From: Macrostomum lignano
Lineage: Eukaryota
NCBI GenBank assembly: GCA_002269645.1
Contig: NIVC01003984.1
Coordinates: 1-64,000, forward strand
DNA length: 64,000 nucleotides
Direction: 5' to 3'
Shown here: piece after piece, positions 9,658-21,617 of the stretch
How positions within the stretch are numbered: the stretch's first letter is position 1
How the letters are laid out: every line of letters starts with the position of its first letter
Made by a program: the position numbers and the translations under genes
The notes under the pieces: model-generated
What the model was told of the DNA's origin: nothing
The model's database searches: none
What the model saw: the letters and a program-made list of their open reading frames with translations, nothing else

Positions 9658-11202
9658 TCACCCAAAGCTTTCCCATTGTTTAGAGCCAGTAGCAGCAGTT
9701 TCAGCTGCCGATGTTGCAACAAAACCATTCGATTGAGTATCTATCATTGATAGCGGACCGAATGGATCGGCGGAGGCGGCTGCTGCCCCAGTTGTTCGTT
9801 CGGAATTGCGCATTGGCAGCGGCGGTGGTAGATCGAACAGGTCGATTAAATCTTTAGCCGCTGCAGGAGTCTCCGATGCTGTTTCTGCTTTTGCTGCTGC
9901 TGTTGCTGCTTTTGCTGAAGCAGCAGCTTGCGGCTGCGGATTCGACAAGACCTGCATTGGCTGGAAGGGACTGATTTCAATATTCTGAGTAGATCGAATC
10001 TCGGCCCGGCAGAACGGGCAACTGCTAGTTTTGTCGTGCCGGTTCAACTTCTGCGACCAGTCTTTAAAACACGCCCGGCAGAGCAGATGACCGCACGGCT
10101 CTAATTTAAGATCTTTATTATTCTCGGAGCAGATTTTGCACAGCTCAAAACTGGAATCCATGTTTGAATAGATTTCGAATTCTTCAGCTGACACGGCAAT
10201 TTGCTCTTTAGCTCGGCAGGATAAGAGGAATTGCAGATCTGGCGCCGCGCTGGGATCCATGCCCCTCGGATACAGATAGAGCCTCTGCTCGGCGCCTTCA
10301 ACTAAAGCTTCAACGATAGATTTTCCATCTCTAATAACAGTCTGATTAACTTTGCGACTGTTACTAACAAAACCAATTGACCAGAAGCCTAGCTTAGTGC
10401 AAGATCGGCGGAACACAAAACTAGCCGGCTTATCGCAGAGCTCTTCTAGGCATTTCTTCACCTCCTCGTAGGTCATGTTGACGTAACCCGGATGCTTAAC
10501 GGCTAGCATCTTCCAGGTATTGAGTATGTTAGACCAAGGCATGAAGAGGCGGGTAAATACGTCAAATTCAAACTTGGACACATAATCATTCAGTGTAATA
10601 TCAATGTCGCGCTTCAGACTCTGCGCTTCCTCAAAGCTGCTGATGCAATGCTCTGAGCCAAATCTGAACTGGAATTCGTGCCATGGCACCAGGACTCGAT
10701 TGCCGAAATTCCTCGACCACCAGTCCGACGCGTCCTGCTTAGTGACACGGAAATGCTCGCTAAACTCGTTGCTAGGAAAGAATACTTTGAAGTCTTTAAA
10801 CAGATAGGATAGCGTCATTGACATGCGGATGAGGGTTACCCTCGGCTTGCTATTGCTGTTGTACATCTCTGCCTTATTATGTCGGCACAACACTTTCAAC
10901 TCGCGAACTTTAGCGTCCAGGCTTTCAAGAAATATGCGAAAATACTCGTTATAACTGAGCTCAGACTGTCGATCAGTTGATTCGTAGTGCGACCACACCT
11001 GGCGCAGTTTAGTAGCAATCTCTGGCAGTGTCTCCAAAATAAATGGCTGGTAGACTTCAAGACCAACGCTGCCTAGAAACCGAATCACCTTGGAGATGCG
11101 CTTATAGATACCGTCAAGGTGCTTACCCTCCAACGGTCTGGACCGGTCGCATACGTCATCTTTGCGTAAGGAAGGAAACTTCAGCTTGGCGTTTGACGCC
11201 AT
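9658..11202 (-). CDS. CBL: Cbl-family E3 ubiquitin ligase (TKB, linker helix, RING), intronless, 514 aa from MASNAK
   Basis: FRVTKQDASDWW, ITLNDYVSKFEFDVFTRLFMPW, HPGY, FVFRRSCTKLGFWSIGFV (SH2 Arg and Gly kept), linker Tyr in EIYSNM, and C3HC4 RING CKIC...PCGHLLC..C...CPFCR. No UBA domain. An upstream in-frame ATG exists at 11214. Confidence 0.95.
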   Translation of the reverse strand: MASNAKLKFPSLRKDDVCDRSRPLEGKHLDGIYKRISKVIRFLGSVGLEVYQPFILETLPEIATKLRQVWSHYESTDRQSELSYNEYFRIFLESLDAKVRELKVLCRHNKAEMYNSNSKPRVTLIRMSMTLSYLFKDFKVFFPSNEFSEHFRVTKQDASDWWSRNFGNRVLVPWHEFQFRFGSEHCISSFEEAQSLKRDIDITLNDYVSKFEFDVFTRLFMPWSNILNTWKMLAVKHPGYVNMTYEEVKKCLEELCDKPASFVFRRSCTKLGFWSIGFVSNSRKVNQTVIRDGKSIVEALVEGAEQRLYLYPRGMDPSAAPDLQFLLSCRAKEQIAVSAEEFEIYSNMDSSFELCKICSENNKDLKLEPCGHLLCRACFKDWSQKLNRHDKTSSCPFCRAEIRSTQNIEISPFQPMQVLSNPQPQAAASAKAATAAAKAETASETPAAAKDLIDLFDLPPPLPMRNSERTTGAAAASADPFGPLSMIDTQSNGFVATSAAETAATGSKQWESFG

Positions 11203-11429
11203 TGTTTGAAACAAAAAAATTATATTTAAGATTGCACCTCAATCGATCTTCTTTAACAAGCGAAGAAATTTAAACCAGATGAATGCTGGAATAGTTTATA
11301 CATAAAAAATAATATTAAAGACCTATAAACAGGCAACGCGGCATTGATGTCGCTAACACAGCTGCCAGCTTATATATTATAAGTATATAGTATGGCAAAA
11401 GCTACAAGTTTTGCAGTCGCGATAGAGAA

Positions 11430-11545
11430 ACAGAGAGAGAGAGACTGCAACCTCCAAGGACAGAAATTTGTTTCGCTTGTTGTGCGCAAGGCTTCTGAGC
11501 GTTCAGGAAAGTTAATACAGAATGGAGAGTAGGACAAAACAGACG

Positions 11546-11576
<31 letters not shown>

Positions 11577-11680
11577 CTATTTGGTACTTCCGGTGCTAGC
11601 AAACAGGCGCTGGTGCTGCCGCTGTACATTCATTGATAAAACTTGACTCGAGCCAATGCAGAGAGAGAGAGAGAGAGACA
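11430..11680. repeat. Three (GA)n microsatellites upstream of the Cbl start
   Basis: GA runs at about 11430-11445, 11546-11575 and 11660-11680. Confidence 0.7.
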
Positions 11681-11913
11681 GAGCAGGGAAACACCAAGAG
11701 AAACGGAATGTGGCAGTTTTAATGCCGAAACTTTTTCCGATTTCAGAAGCTAATAGCAATTTAATACTTCAGCCTAGCTAAATATGGACAATGTGACTGA
11801 TACAATAATTTATAGATATTACGTACGAAATTAGATCAAAAAGTTTATAAATACGTCAAAAGGACCTTAGTGACGATATTAGATACTAAATCTTGTTCAT
11901 GTGAATTTATAGG

Positions 11914-13060
11914 CATGTGTCAGTGAGGATGTCATGTGAGTCAGTGAGACTGTCATGTGATTCAGTAAGGTTGTCATGAGAGTCAGTGAGGGTGTCATGA
12001 GAGTCAGTGAGGGTGTCATGAGAGTCAGTGAGGCTGTCATGAGAGTCAATGAGACTGTCATGTGATTCAGTAAGGTTGTCATGAGAGTCAGTGAGACTGT
12101 CATGTGATTCAGTAAGGTTGTCATGAGAGTCAGTGAGGGTGTCACGTAAGTCAGTGAGACTGTCATGTGAGTCAGTAAGGCTATCATGAGAGTCAGTGAG
12201 ACTGTCATGTGAGTCAGTGAGACAGTCATGTGAGTCAGTGAGGATGTCATGCGAGTCAGTAAGGCTATCATGAGAGTCAGTGAGACTGTCATGTGAGTCA
12301 GTGAGACAGTCATGTGAGTCAGTGAGGATGTCATGTGAGTCAGTGAGACAGTCATGTGAGTCAGTGAGGATGTCATGCGAGTCAGTGAGGCTGTCATGTG
12401 AGTCAGTGAGGATGTCATGAGAGTCAGTGAGGCTGTCACGTGATTCAGTGAGGCTGTCATGTGAGTCAGTGAGGGTGTCATGTGAATCGGTGAGGATGTC
12501 ATACGAATCAGTGAGGCTGTCACGTGAGTCAGTGAGGCTGTCATGTGAGTCAGTGAGGATGTCATGAGAGTCAGTGAGGCTGTCACGTGATTCAGTGAGG
12601 CTGTCATGTGAGTCAGTGAGGATGTCATGAGAGTCAGTGAGGCTGTCACGTGATTCAGTGAGGCTGTCATGTGAGTCAGTGAGGGTGTCATGTGAATCGG
12701 TGAGGATGTCATACGAATCAGTGAGGCTGTCACGTGAGTCAGTGAGGCTGTCATGTGAGTCAGTGAGGATGTCATGAGAGTCAGTGAGGCTGTCACGTGA
12801 TTCAGTGAGGCTGTCATGTGAGTCAGTGAGGATGTCATGTGAGTCAGTGAGGATGTCATGAGAGTCAGTGAGGCTGTCACGTGATTCAGTGAGGATGTCA
12901 TGTGAGTCAGTGAGGATGTCATGTGAGTCAGTGAGGATGTCATGTGAGTCAGTGAGGATGTCATGCGAGTCAGTGAGGATGTCATGAGAGTCAGTGAGGA
13001 TGTCATGTGAGTCAGTGAGGATGTCATGAGAGTCAGTGAGGATGTCATGTGATTCGTGAG
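11914..13060. repeat. 21-bp minisatellite (GTCAGTGAGGATGTCATGTGA), about 54 copies
   Basis: Direct tandem units. The variant block GAATCGGTGAGGATGTCATACGAATC recurs 210 bp apart. Confidence 0.97.
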
Positions 13061-13530
13061 TTTACATGAGTGGATGGAAACGGTGTTCTATTATTAAAAG
13101 CTGACAGTCTGGTCCTAGCAATAACTAATATTTACCGAAAAACTGGTCATCTAAGATAAAAATAATAATAGAAAGAAAGAAAAAACGAATAAGTCTGTAA
13201 AGAATAAACTAGCCTCTAGAATTTACGTACGAACGCCTGAACAAGTTTTTATTAATTGACAATTGCAACCAAGTACATCTCTCTACATTGTTGATGCTAA
13301 TAAAGTTTTCTGTACACGCAGTTGTCACCGCATTTACATCATTGCTATATGAGCATACTTATTTTATAGTCACAAAATTTACAATTAGGCCGCACAATAA
13401 AGCTGAGACTGTCTTTAAAAGATAAGAAGTGGGTTTAGAGAATGCAGTGAATTTGTTCACACAAGAAAGCTATTGAATTTAACTAGGTATATACAATGAT
13501 TTTTATTTAGCATACAGGATTTTGGGTTGC

Positions 13531-14362
13531 CGGGTGAGACAGAAGTGGGAGATGCCAGGAGAGACAGAAGTGGGAGATGCCAGGTGAGACTGAAGTGAGA
13601 GATGCCAGGTGAGACAGAAGTGGGAGATGCCAGGTGAGACAGAAGTGGGAGATGCCAGGTGAGACAGAAGTGGGAGATGCCGGGAGAGACAGAAGTGGGA
13701 GATGCCAGGTGAGACAGAAGTGGGAGATGCCAGGTGAGAGTGAGGCAGAAGTGGTAGATGCCAGGTGAGACAGAAGTGGGAGATGCCAGGTGAGACAGAA
13801 GTGGGAGATGCCAGATGAGACAGAAGTGGGAGATGCCAGGTGAGACAGAAGTGGGAGATGCCAGGTGAGACAGAAGTGGGAGATGCCAGATGAGACAGAA
13901 GTGGGAGATGCCAGGTGAGACAGAAGTGGGAAATGCCAGGTGAGACAGAAGTGGGAGATGCCAGGTGAGAGTGAGGCAGAAGTGGGAGATGCCAGGTGAG
14001 ACAGAAGTGGGAGATGCCAGGTGAGACAGAAGTGGGAGATGCCAGGTGAGAGTGAGGCAGAAGTGGGAGATGCCAGATGAGACAGAAGTGGGATATCCCA
14101 GATGAGACAGAAGTGGGAGATGCCAGGTGAGACAAAAGTGGGAGATGCCAGATGAGACAGAAGTGGGAGATGCCAGGTGAGACAAAAGTGGGAGATGCCA
14201 GATGAGACAGAAGTGGGAGATGCCAGGTGAGACAGAAGTGGGAGATGCCAGATGAGACAGAAGTGGGAGATGCCAGGTGAGACAGAAGTGGGAGATGCCA
14301 GGTGAGACAAAAGTGGGAGATGCCAGGTGAGACAAAAGTGGGAGATGCCAGGTGAGACAAAA
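13531..14362. repeat. 25-bp minisatellite (GAGACAGAAGTGGGAGATGCCAGGT) just 3' of ZMAT5
   Basis: About 32 tandem units with occasional 31-bp variants. Confidence 0.97.
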
Positions 14363-14382
14363 TGGGACCCCATACTTAAAAA

Positions 14383-14793
14383 TCATTTCGCATTGGCAGG
14401 TTCATTAGCACCACTAGCTACAAAATCAGGATTAGAGCTACTCTGTAACTCATTTCGCCATTTGTCAAAGGCAGCTTGAGCCTGGCACAACAACTGCACA
14501 GGATCTTGTTGAGCCTTTAATTTAGCAGCCTGATCAACTAATTTGTAACGCTCCACATCTGTCAAATGAGAGAATTTGCACAGTTGGCCAAATTGACACT
14601 GTCCAGTGTTGAAATAATTCCTGCATGGCTTTTTGCCCGAATCAGTCAATAGGATTTCATCCGGCTGTCTAAATTTGGCATAGTGATTGGCTTTTAGCTT
14701 GGCATGGCCTGCACTACACAGATGGCTTTTACGCTGCGAAGCATTATTAGCCAAATGCTTATCGCAGTAGTCACAATAGTAGCGCTTGCCCAT
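14383..14793 (-). CDS. ZMAT5: ZMAT5 / U11-U12 snRNP 20 kDa protein, intronless, 136 aa
   Basis: MGKRYYCDYCD...H....H matrin-type finger followed by a CCCH finger KKPCRNYFNTGQCQFGQLCKFSH, collinear with vertebrate ZMAT5. Confidence 0.93.
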   Translation of the reverse strand: MGKRYYCDYCDKHLANNASQRKSHLCSAGHAKLKANHYAKFRQPDEILLTDSGKKPCRNYFNTGQCQFGQLCKFSHLTDVERYKLVDQAAKLKAQQDPVQLLCQAQAAFDKWRNELQSSSNPDFVASGANEPANAK

Positions 14794-16972
14794 GAAGTGT
14801 GTGCAAATGTTTATTTAATAAAATAAAATTTCAAAAAGCTGCTGTGTAGTTCCTAGTGTTGCTGAGCATATCGTCAAGAGTATATATTATGATATCACAG
14901 AATTTGATAAAATTTATGTCAACATATAAGACTTTTGACTGTTTTGTTCAATATAAATAATAAAGTTTTGGTGACTTTGATCTTATGTTAATTTTGTTTC
15001 AAATAATTAGTTCTACTATAGCTATGGATATGTTTGTAAGGAAGTTATAAATAGTTATAAATGAAATAGTTAAATTTTAAGTTATAGTTAAAATTGAAAG
15101 TTATAAACTTTTTAATATGAGTTTAATTTTATTCCCTTTTCTAGAGACCTGGGCAGATTTATTTAGGCTAGATTATTATTTGCACTTTTGTCCAATAGTC
15201 AAAATTTGATATTTGATGGCAAGGCTTGCCATTAGTTTAAATTTATTTTAAAGAATTTCTTTTAGGAATCTAGGCCTAATAAATATTAATAAATATTAAC
15301 TTATTTAATGTTATATTAAATATAATATAACATTTTACTGTTATATTATACTGTTTATTACTGTTATATTACTGTTATATTATTTATTATTAACATTAAT
15401 ATAACTAATGTTATATAAATGTTATAAATTCGTATAAGAAAACCATACAAATTTGATAATTATTCTGTATAATGAACTTAAGATTGGATTTTGGTGGCTA
15501 ATGTTTGCGTAAGTTTCATGTTTACTTTATTTTCTAAAGAAGTAAGCAGACTTTTATAGGCCAGACTAAATAATTATTTGTACTTTTGTCAAAGAGTAAA
15601 CATTTATTTTAGATTGTAAAGTTATGGATCATATAAGTCACAGAAGTATATCATGTTATGATAGGCCTAGAAATTTATAAGGATTATTATGCTATGACAC
15701 TAAACTATAAAGACTTATCATTTTGTGATAGCAAACTATTATGCTATTATCCAAACTGTTATATAAGCTAGAGGTAGGGCAGGCCAAGGCAGGGGTTAGG
15801 TAGCCGTAGATTTAGAAGACCTAACTTTGTCTTACAATAGATATTATCTTATTTTAATAGATCTTACACTATCTCATTAGATTGTAGGGTTAAGTAGGCT
15901 AAGGGTGGGGTGAAGCAGGAAGGATAAAAGTTAAGGTTTAGGGTTAGGATTAGAGGGAATTGCTAAGATTGTAAGGCTTATAGGAATATGATTAAAATAT
16001 CAAGGCTCATAAAAAGGGGATAATTTAGATATCAAGGCTTATAGGATAAATAGCTAAGATGTCAAGGCTTATAAAGCAATTGCTTAATAGTTTAATCCAA
16101 AAAATTAAAGCCTATTCCATTCTTTGTTGGCTTCCTAATAGGGAGGGACACTGATTGCTACGAGTATTGCTAGTTTATACTAAGAGGATACTATACTAAG
16201 CAAACTGAAGTTAGTGAGGTCTGTTTTTGATAAGAACCTGACCAAGCAGTTGTTATGCTCAGCTTGTGTTTTCTGGCATTCTTATGTCTTTTTCCTTTTG
16301 GATTTAATCACTTAATCTATTCAGTTCAGAATATTATAGTTAAGATCTGGAATATTCACAAAATTTGGGACTAGACTCAGCTAGATTACTAGGGTAAAGA
16401 AAAAAGGTACCATTATTGCTAGCTACAAGGGGAAGGGGTAGCAGTCTCTGCCCTTTCTTGAATCTGCCTTTACTTATTTATATATACATAGGTCAAACTC
16501 CCTAAGCCATAAGCCCTAGGTTAGGCCTTTTATATATAGACATAACAGTCCTAAACTCTCCAAATCACCAAGACTAGGCCTATTGATATTAAAGGTAGAT
16601 ATGAAGTATAAAGTCTGCATAATTAGAAATATATATATTATTGCAAAAGTTGAAAGTACAAAGCAATGTCACAAGTCACACAATTATATTTTTCTTTATT
16701 CTATAGAGCCAGAGCCAGTAGGAGAGGCCAGAGAGCTATGGATGCTAGTCATTTTGTTGTCTAAAATAATAATTTGTCAACTAAGCAGACAAGTTTTTTT
16801 TAAATTGTTTATCTTTTAAGAAATAGGGATAAGGATATATAATGGGATAAAGAGCGGCTAAACAACTTAATTTGATTGTTACTATTTAAAATGCTATAGG
16901 AATACTGTTCCATTATCTTACCCTATTACCTTGTTATCCTACCTTAAACTTAAAAGCTAAATGCCTATACTA

Positions 16973-18284
16973 CGAGGGTCACTCAGAAAGTTCTTAGCCT
17001 AAACACGAAAACAGCAACAAATGAACTAAAAAATGACTAAAAGTGCTCAAAATACTCTCCACTGGCATTGATACAGGCTTGCATCCTATGAAACCAGCTG
17101 TCGAAGCACTGCCGCCAATCCTCATCCTGGAGCTCCTCGATGATGTTTTTGAACTTATTCATAGCTTCTTCCGGTGAAGAAAAGACCTGGCCCTTCAGAA
17201 TCTCCTTGCACTTTGGAAACAGAAAAAAGTCGCACGGTGCCAGGTCTGGACTGTACGCAGGGTGAGTCATCAGCTGGACCTCACAGTCAGCCAGAAACTC
17301 GAGAGTTTGAGCCGCCGTGTGCGCACTGGCGTTGTCGTGGTGCAGAAGCACCCCGCGCAATCCGCACCTTGGGCGCCTCTGGCTCACAGCAGAAAATACT
17401 TTGGGCAGGCAAACCGTTGTGTACCAGTCAGCGGTGACTGTCTGGCGATCTTCAAGTAAAACGGAAGCCACATGCCCAGTGCGCATAAAGAAACAGGCCA
17501 CCATCTGCTTGCCGACACTCCGGCTGCGTCGAAACTTGGTGGGGCTGTCCTCGTCTCCAAAGGTCCACATGGCTGACTGGCGCTTGCTTTCGGGGTCGTA
17601 TTGATAAATCCAGGTCTCATCGCCCGTGAGGATGTCCCAGATACGCCAGCTGGTCCCAGATTCGAATTTCTGCAGCATGAATCGGCACCAAGCCACCCTG
17701 GTGTCCTTCTGCATGTCAGACAGCTGATGGGGGATCCACCGGGAAGCCAGCTTCCGCACTCCAAGGTGTTCATGCAGAATGGCGTGCACACTCCCCGATC
17801 CAATACCGATCTCCTGCTGGATCTGCTGGTAGGTCACTCGCCGGTCAGCGGCAATCATGCTGGACACAGCGCAGATATTTTCTGGAGTCACTGCGTCACA
17901 GGGTCTCCCGGATCGATGTTCATCTTCGAGGCTTTCGCGACCTCGGCGAAACTCAGCGAATCAGTTTTTGACGGTTGCATATGAAGGACATAGATGGGTA
18001 AAAACGTTCTGTAAAGTTTGATACGAATCGGCCGGCGACTCGCCTTGCTTGAAGTGCAAGTACATCATTGCTCTGAAGTCGCGATTTTCCAGCTTCATTG
18101 TTGAATTGAAGAACTCAGGGGGGTGAACTGACTTTAACTCGCTGCAGAGGACTCAAAAGTGGTTGCTTTTGTTTGAAAATTTTTGCTGCAATACTTTTAA
18201 AAGTTGGTCTTTACCATAGAAAAATTTCATGCTTCTACGTCTCGTGGATCCTACTCAGGCTAAAGACTTTCTGAGTGACCCTTG
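16973..18284 (-). mobile_element. Full-length mariner (DD34D) transposon, 1312 bp
   Basis: 28-bp TIRs CGAGGGTCACTCAGAAAGTTCTTAGCCT (16973-17000) and 18257-18284 (25/28 match). TA flank on the left, CA on the right. Confidence 0.95.
17037..18098 (-). pseudogene. Mariner transposase, 353 codons with one in-frame TGA at codon 46
   Basis: ATG at 18098 (MKLENRDFR), WIPHQL, TGDETW, HHDNASAH and YSPDLAPCDFFLF. TGA at 17961-17963 replaces the conserved Trp of VKNWF. Confidence 0.92.
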
Positions 18285-19257
18285 CATAGTGTGTCCTTTA
18301 CCAATTTTAATGCTCTATTGACCAGAGTATTATTTATATAAATAAATCTAAATAGTAGGCTTAGTTGTATATTAGGGGCAAAGATCACTAGTTAAAGCCA
18401 TTGGCCATGCAAGACCATCTTATAGTTTATAATGAATACATCAAAAGTGAACAAAGGGACAGGTTTACTATCATCTATAGTTGCAATATCAATCATCACC
18501 TTAAGATTATTGAGGCTATACATATAAAAACTTGCAACCAACCTCAAATATTCAGTTGAGTTATTCCAAGGCTAGTGCTTATACCTCATTTAAGATTGTT
18601 CTAATACTAACCATCTTAGTAGTTGGTTTTCTTTTTTTAGTCTTGTTTTTCTCCTTCTTTCTCTTTCTTTCTTTTTGTCCATCTTGCCTTTGATCAGGAT
18701 CTCTCTATCCCTTTGTTTAAATGATATAGAATTCTCTATTTGATATTATATTACTACAATATAAGCCTATTAATACTGTATACTTATGACTAGGCCTAAT
18801 GTTACTAGTTAGGCAAAATATATCATTTGAAAATGAAAAATGCTTGCAATTTTTTTTTACTAATCTTTATCAAGTGTGCTATTTTGCCAAGATATTATTC
18901 TCTTAAAAAATTACAAATATATGATTAGGGCTTACTAAAAGAAACAATTTAGAAAGAGAAAAGATACAATATATATGACAACTCTAGATTTAAAGGCTTC
19001 TCATTATAATTTCATTTGGAAGGCCTTTTTTATCCCTTATTTGTATGCAAAAATATAACTTTCTATGCCATTTTAAAATCTGTGTGTTTCTAATAAGACA
19101 ATTTGTTTTAATACTTATCATTGCAATTCATAAGAAAGGTTAATAGCAATTAAGAAAGAAGTGTTCTAAGCAAATATATTTGAAGTTGTCTTCCAAGTTG
19201 ATTTATTTTCTAAAGTGGAGTGAAGTAGAAGGACAATATACTGTATATACTACTGAG

Positions 19258-20037
19258 CAGTGTTGGGCACAGGTCTGATACTCTGATAGCATTGCCAATA
19301 CCATTTGAATATCAGAGTATCGGACCTTGTTACTTTTTTCTCAGTATCAGACCTTGGTATAGCTGAAACATTTTTAAGTCTGATAATCTGATACATTTAA
19401 TCAAAGTAATAGTAATAAATTTGACTAAAAAGCCTTAGAAAGTATTAAAGAAAGTAGCAAAAATAAAAAAATATGGTAAAAATATGCTAATTATATAATT
19501 TACTCATTAATTTATTATATAAATGCTTAAATTTCAATTTTGATCAATTTTATTCTACATATAAAAAATATTAGACATTGAAGACTGATGAGTCAATGAC
19601 TTTGGCTAGGCCTATGACTAACTAGTTAGTTAAGTTAGTAACTACAACTAAAACTACTACCTGAATTTATTTCCAAATTTTATTTTTCTCAAGTTATAGG
19701 CCCTATTATAACTTATAAGACTCCTTTTTTCTTTTCTGGTCAGCCGCAACTCAATAGAGTCTTTTTAGTGTCTAAAAATTAAGTAGCTAAGAGCTTTTTC
19801 TTCATTTTTTGCTTGATAGATGCAGAAAAGTGAGAAAATGCGAAAAAATGATATATTGGACCAATTATTGGAATAAAGTATTGCGTAATACTCAAATTTT
19901 GGTAGGCCTATCAAATATCAACAAATATTGTATAGGCCTAGACAAATATCGCCAATACCTTTTAGAGTAGGCCTATTGTTATTGGTAGAGTCATTGCTTT
20001 AAAATGATACTTTTTTAAAGTATTGGGCCCAACACTG
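19258..20037. mobile_element. hAT-type MITE, 780 bp
   Basis: Perfect 11-bp TIR CAGTGTTGGGC / GCCCAACACTG and an 8-bp TSD CTACTGAG / CTATTGAG (7/8). Confidence 0.8.
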
Positions 20038-21170
20038 CTATTGAGAAGCAGAAGTGTTAAGTAAAAGAATATGAAATAAATCCTAACAAATACATGCATA
20101 AAGCACCAGAGGCTATGACCCTCTGATCAGCAATTGCAATAAATGTCTAAGACTAGAAATACATGCAATACATATACCAGTAGACTATATACTAATTAGG
20201 CCAGAATAACAATAGAATGCCATCTATGAGATAGCGTTCTTAGCATACTCAGATAAACATACTTCAGATTAATACTCAGAATAATTCTCAGACTAATACT
20301 TAGATCTATGCTTAGATAAATACTTAGACAAATACCCTTGGTGGCTTGGACCTATACTAAGAACTTTTTTAGACTTAATCTAGGAAAATAAATTCATAAT
20401 AAAATAATCTTGGTGGCAGCAATAGAACATTTAAGAGATAGAAGGAAAGCCTTAAATGACTTTGGTAACATTGATGGAATTTTTTAAAAGAGGGAACATT
20501 AGGCCTACCCCTTTTATATTAATAAGGTATAAATATTATTTTATTTGTGATGCAGATGCATGATTTTAATTTTATTGGATTAAAAGTTAGTTTTGTTTTA
20601 TTTGCAATTTAGGCTTTATTGCTATTATTATTGTCTATTGTTGGCTTATTGCTAAAATAAAACAAATATTTAATAAAATGATTGAAAATCCATAGTGGAG
20701 AGGACTGAGGAGGCTTACATGTAAGAGATTTTTGAGCTACCCAACTTCACATCCCTACACTATTACTTTGGCTTTGCTTTAACTAGCAGATGAACAGTTT
20801 TATTTTAGAAGAAAAGGCATTCCATCTACTCAGCAGACAAATGGTCAGCAGATTAATGAACTGGAAACCAGGGCTATTTAGTAAAAAAAACGATTTATCT
20901 GAGAGGCCAAAACATTTTACGGTCGTAGCCCTCTCGCTCTCCTACTTATGCATAGGGCCTACATGCGCAACTGCTGGCCGACCTGGCCGATCCGGCCACC
21001 GTAAATCGTGGCTGACCAGGGGTAAGTCGCAAAATTGAGTCAACCAAAAACAGAAAAACACAAGAACCAAGAAAGGCAAGAGGAAAGCGAAAGAAAGAGC
21101 AGTTCAGGGAAAATAATGAAGCAAAAGAAAAACAATTCGCAAAAGAAGCAAACTAAGTTGTAAAAATATT

Positions 21171-21465
21171 CAGGTAAGTCGCAAAAAGGATCAGGTAAGT
21201 CGCAACAGGAATCAGGTAAGTCGCAAAAGGGTTAGGTAAGTCGCAAAAGGATTAGGTAAGTCGCAAAAAGGATTAGGTAAGTCGCAAAAAGGATTAGGTA
21301 AGTCGCAAAAGGATTAGGTAAGTCGCAAAAAGGATTAAGTAAGTCGCAAAAAGGATTAGGTAAGTCGCAAAAAGGATTAGGTAAGTTGCAAAAGGATTAG
21401 GTAAGTCGCAAAAAGGATTAAGTAAGTCGCAAAAAGGATTAGGTAAGTCGCAAAAAGAAGCAACT
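21171..21465 (+). repeat. 20-22-bp array GGATTAGGTAAGTCGCAAAAA, 14 copies
   Basis: Direct reading of tandem units. Confidence 0.95.
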
Positions 21466-21617
21466 AAGTTGCAATAAGAGGGAAGTAAGTCACAATCAGA
21501 GGCAATCAGGGGGTAGTAGGTGCAAGTGTGGCAGGAGAGCAAAAACAGAATAGAAGCCTTCAACCACAGACAAGATCTTTGAAATCAGAAGCCCGCGTCA
21601 TTTCTTAAACTCTGGAG

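Noticed and set aside
11897-14386. Long repeat ORFs (MTSSLTH..., SHLASPT...)
   Set aside because: They are translations of stop-poor tandem units, often open in several frames at once, with no domain or gene structure.
15936-15950. TTAGGG telomere-like motif
   Set aside because: Fewer than three copies, expected by chance.
17174-17984. Overlapping plus-strand and alternate-frame ORFs in the mariner
   Set aside because: They are shadow ORFs of a GC-rich transposase gene.
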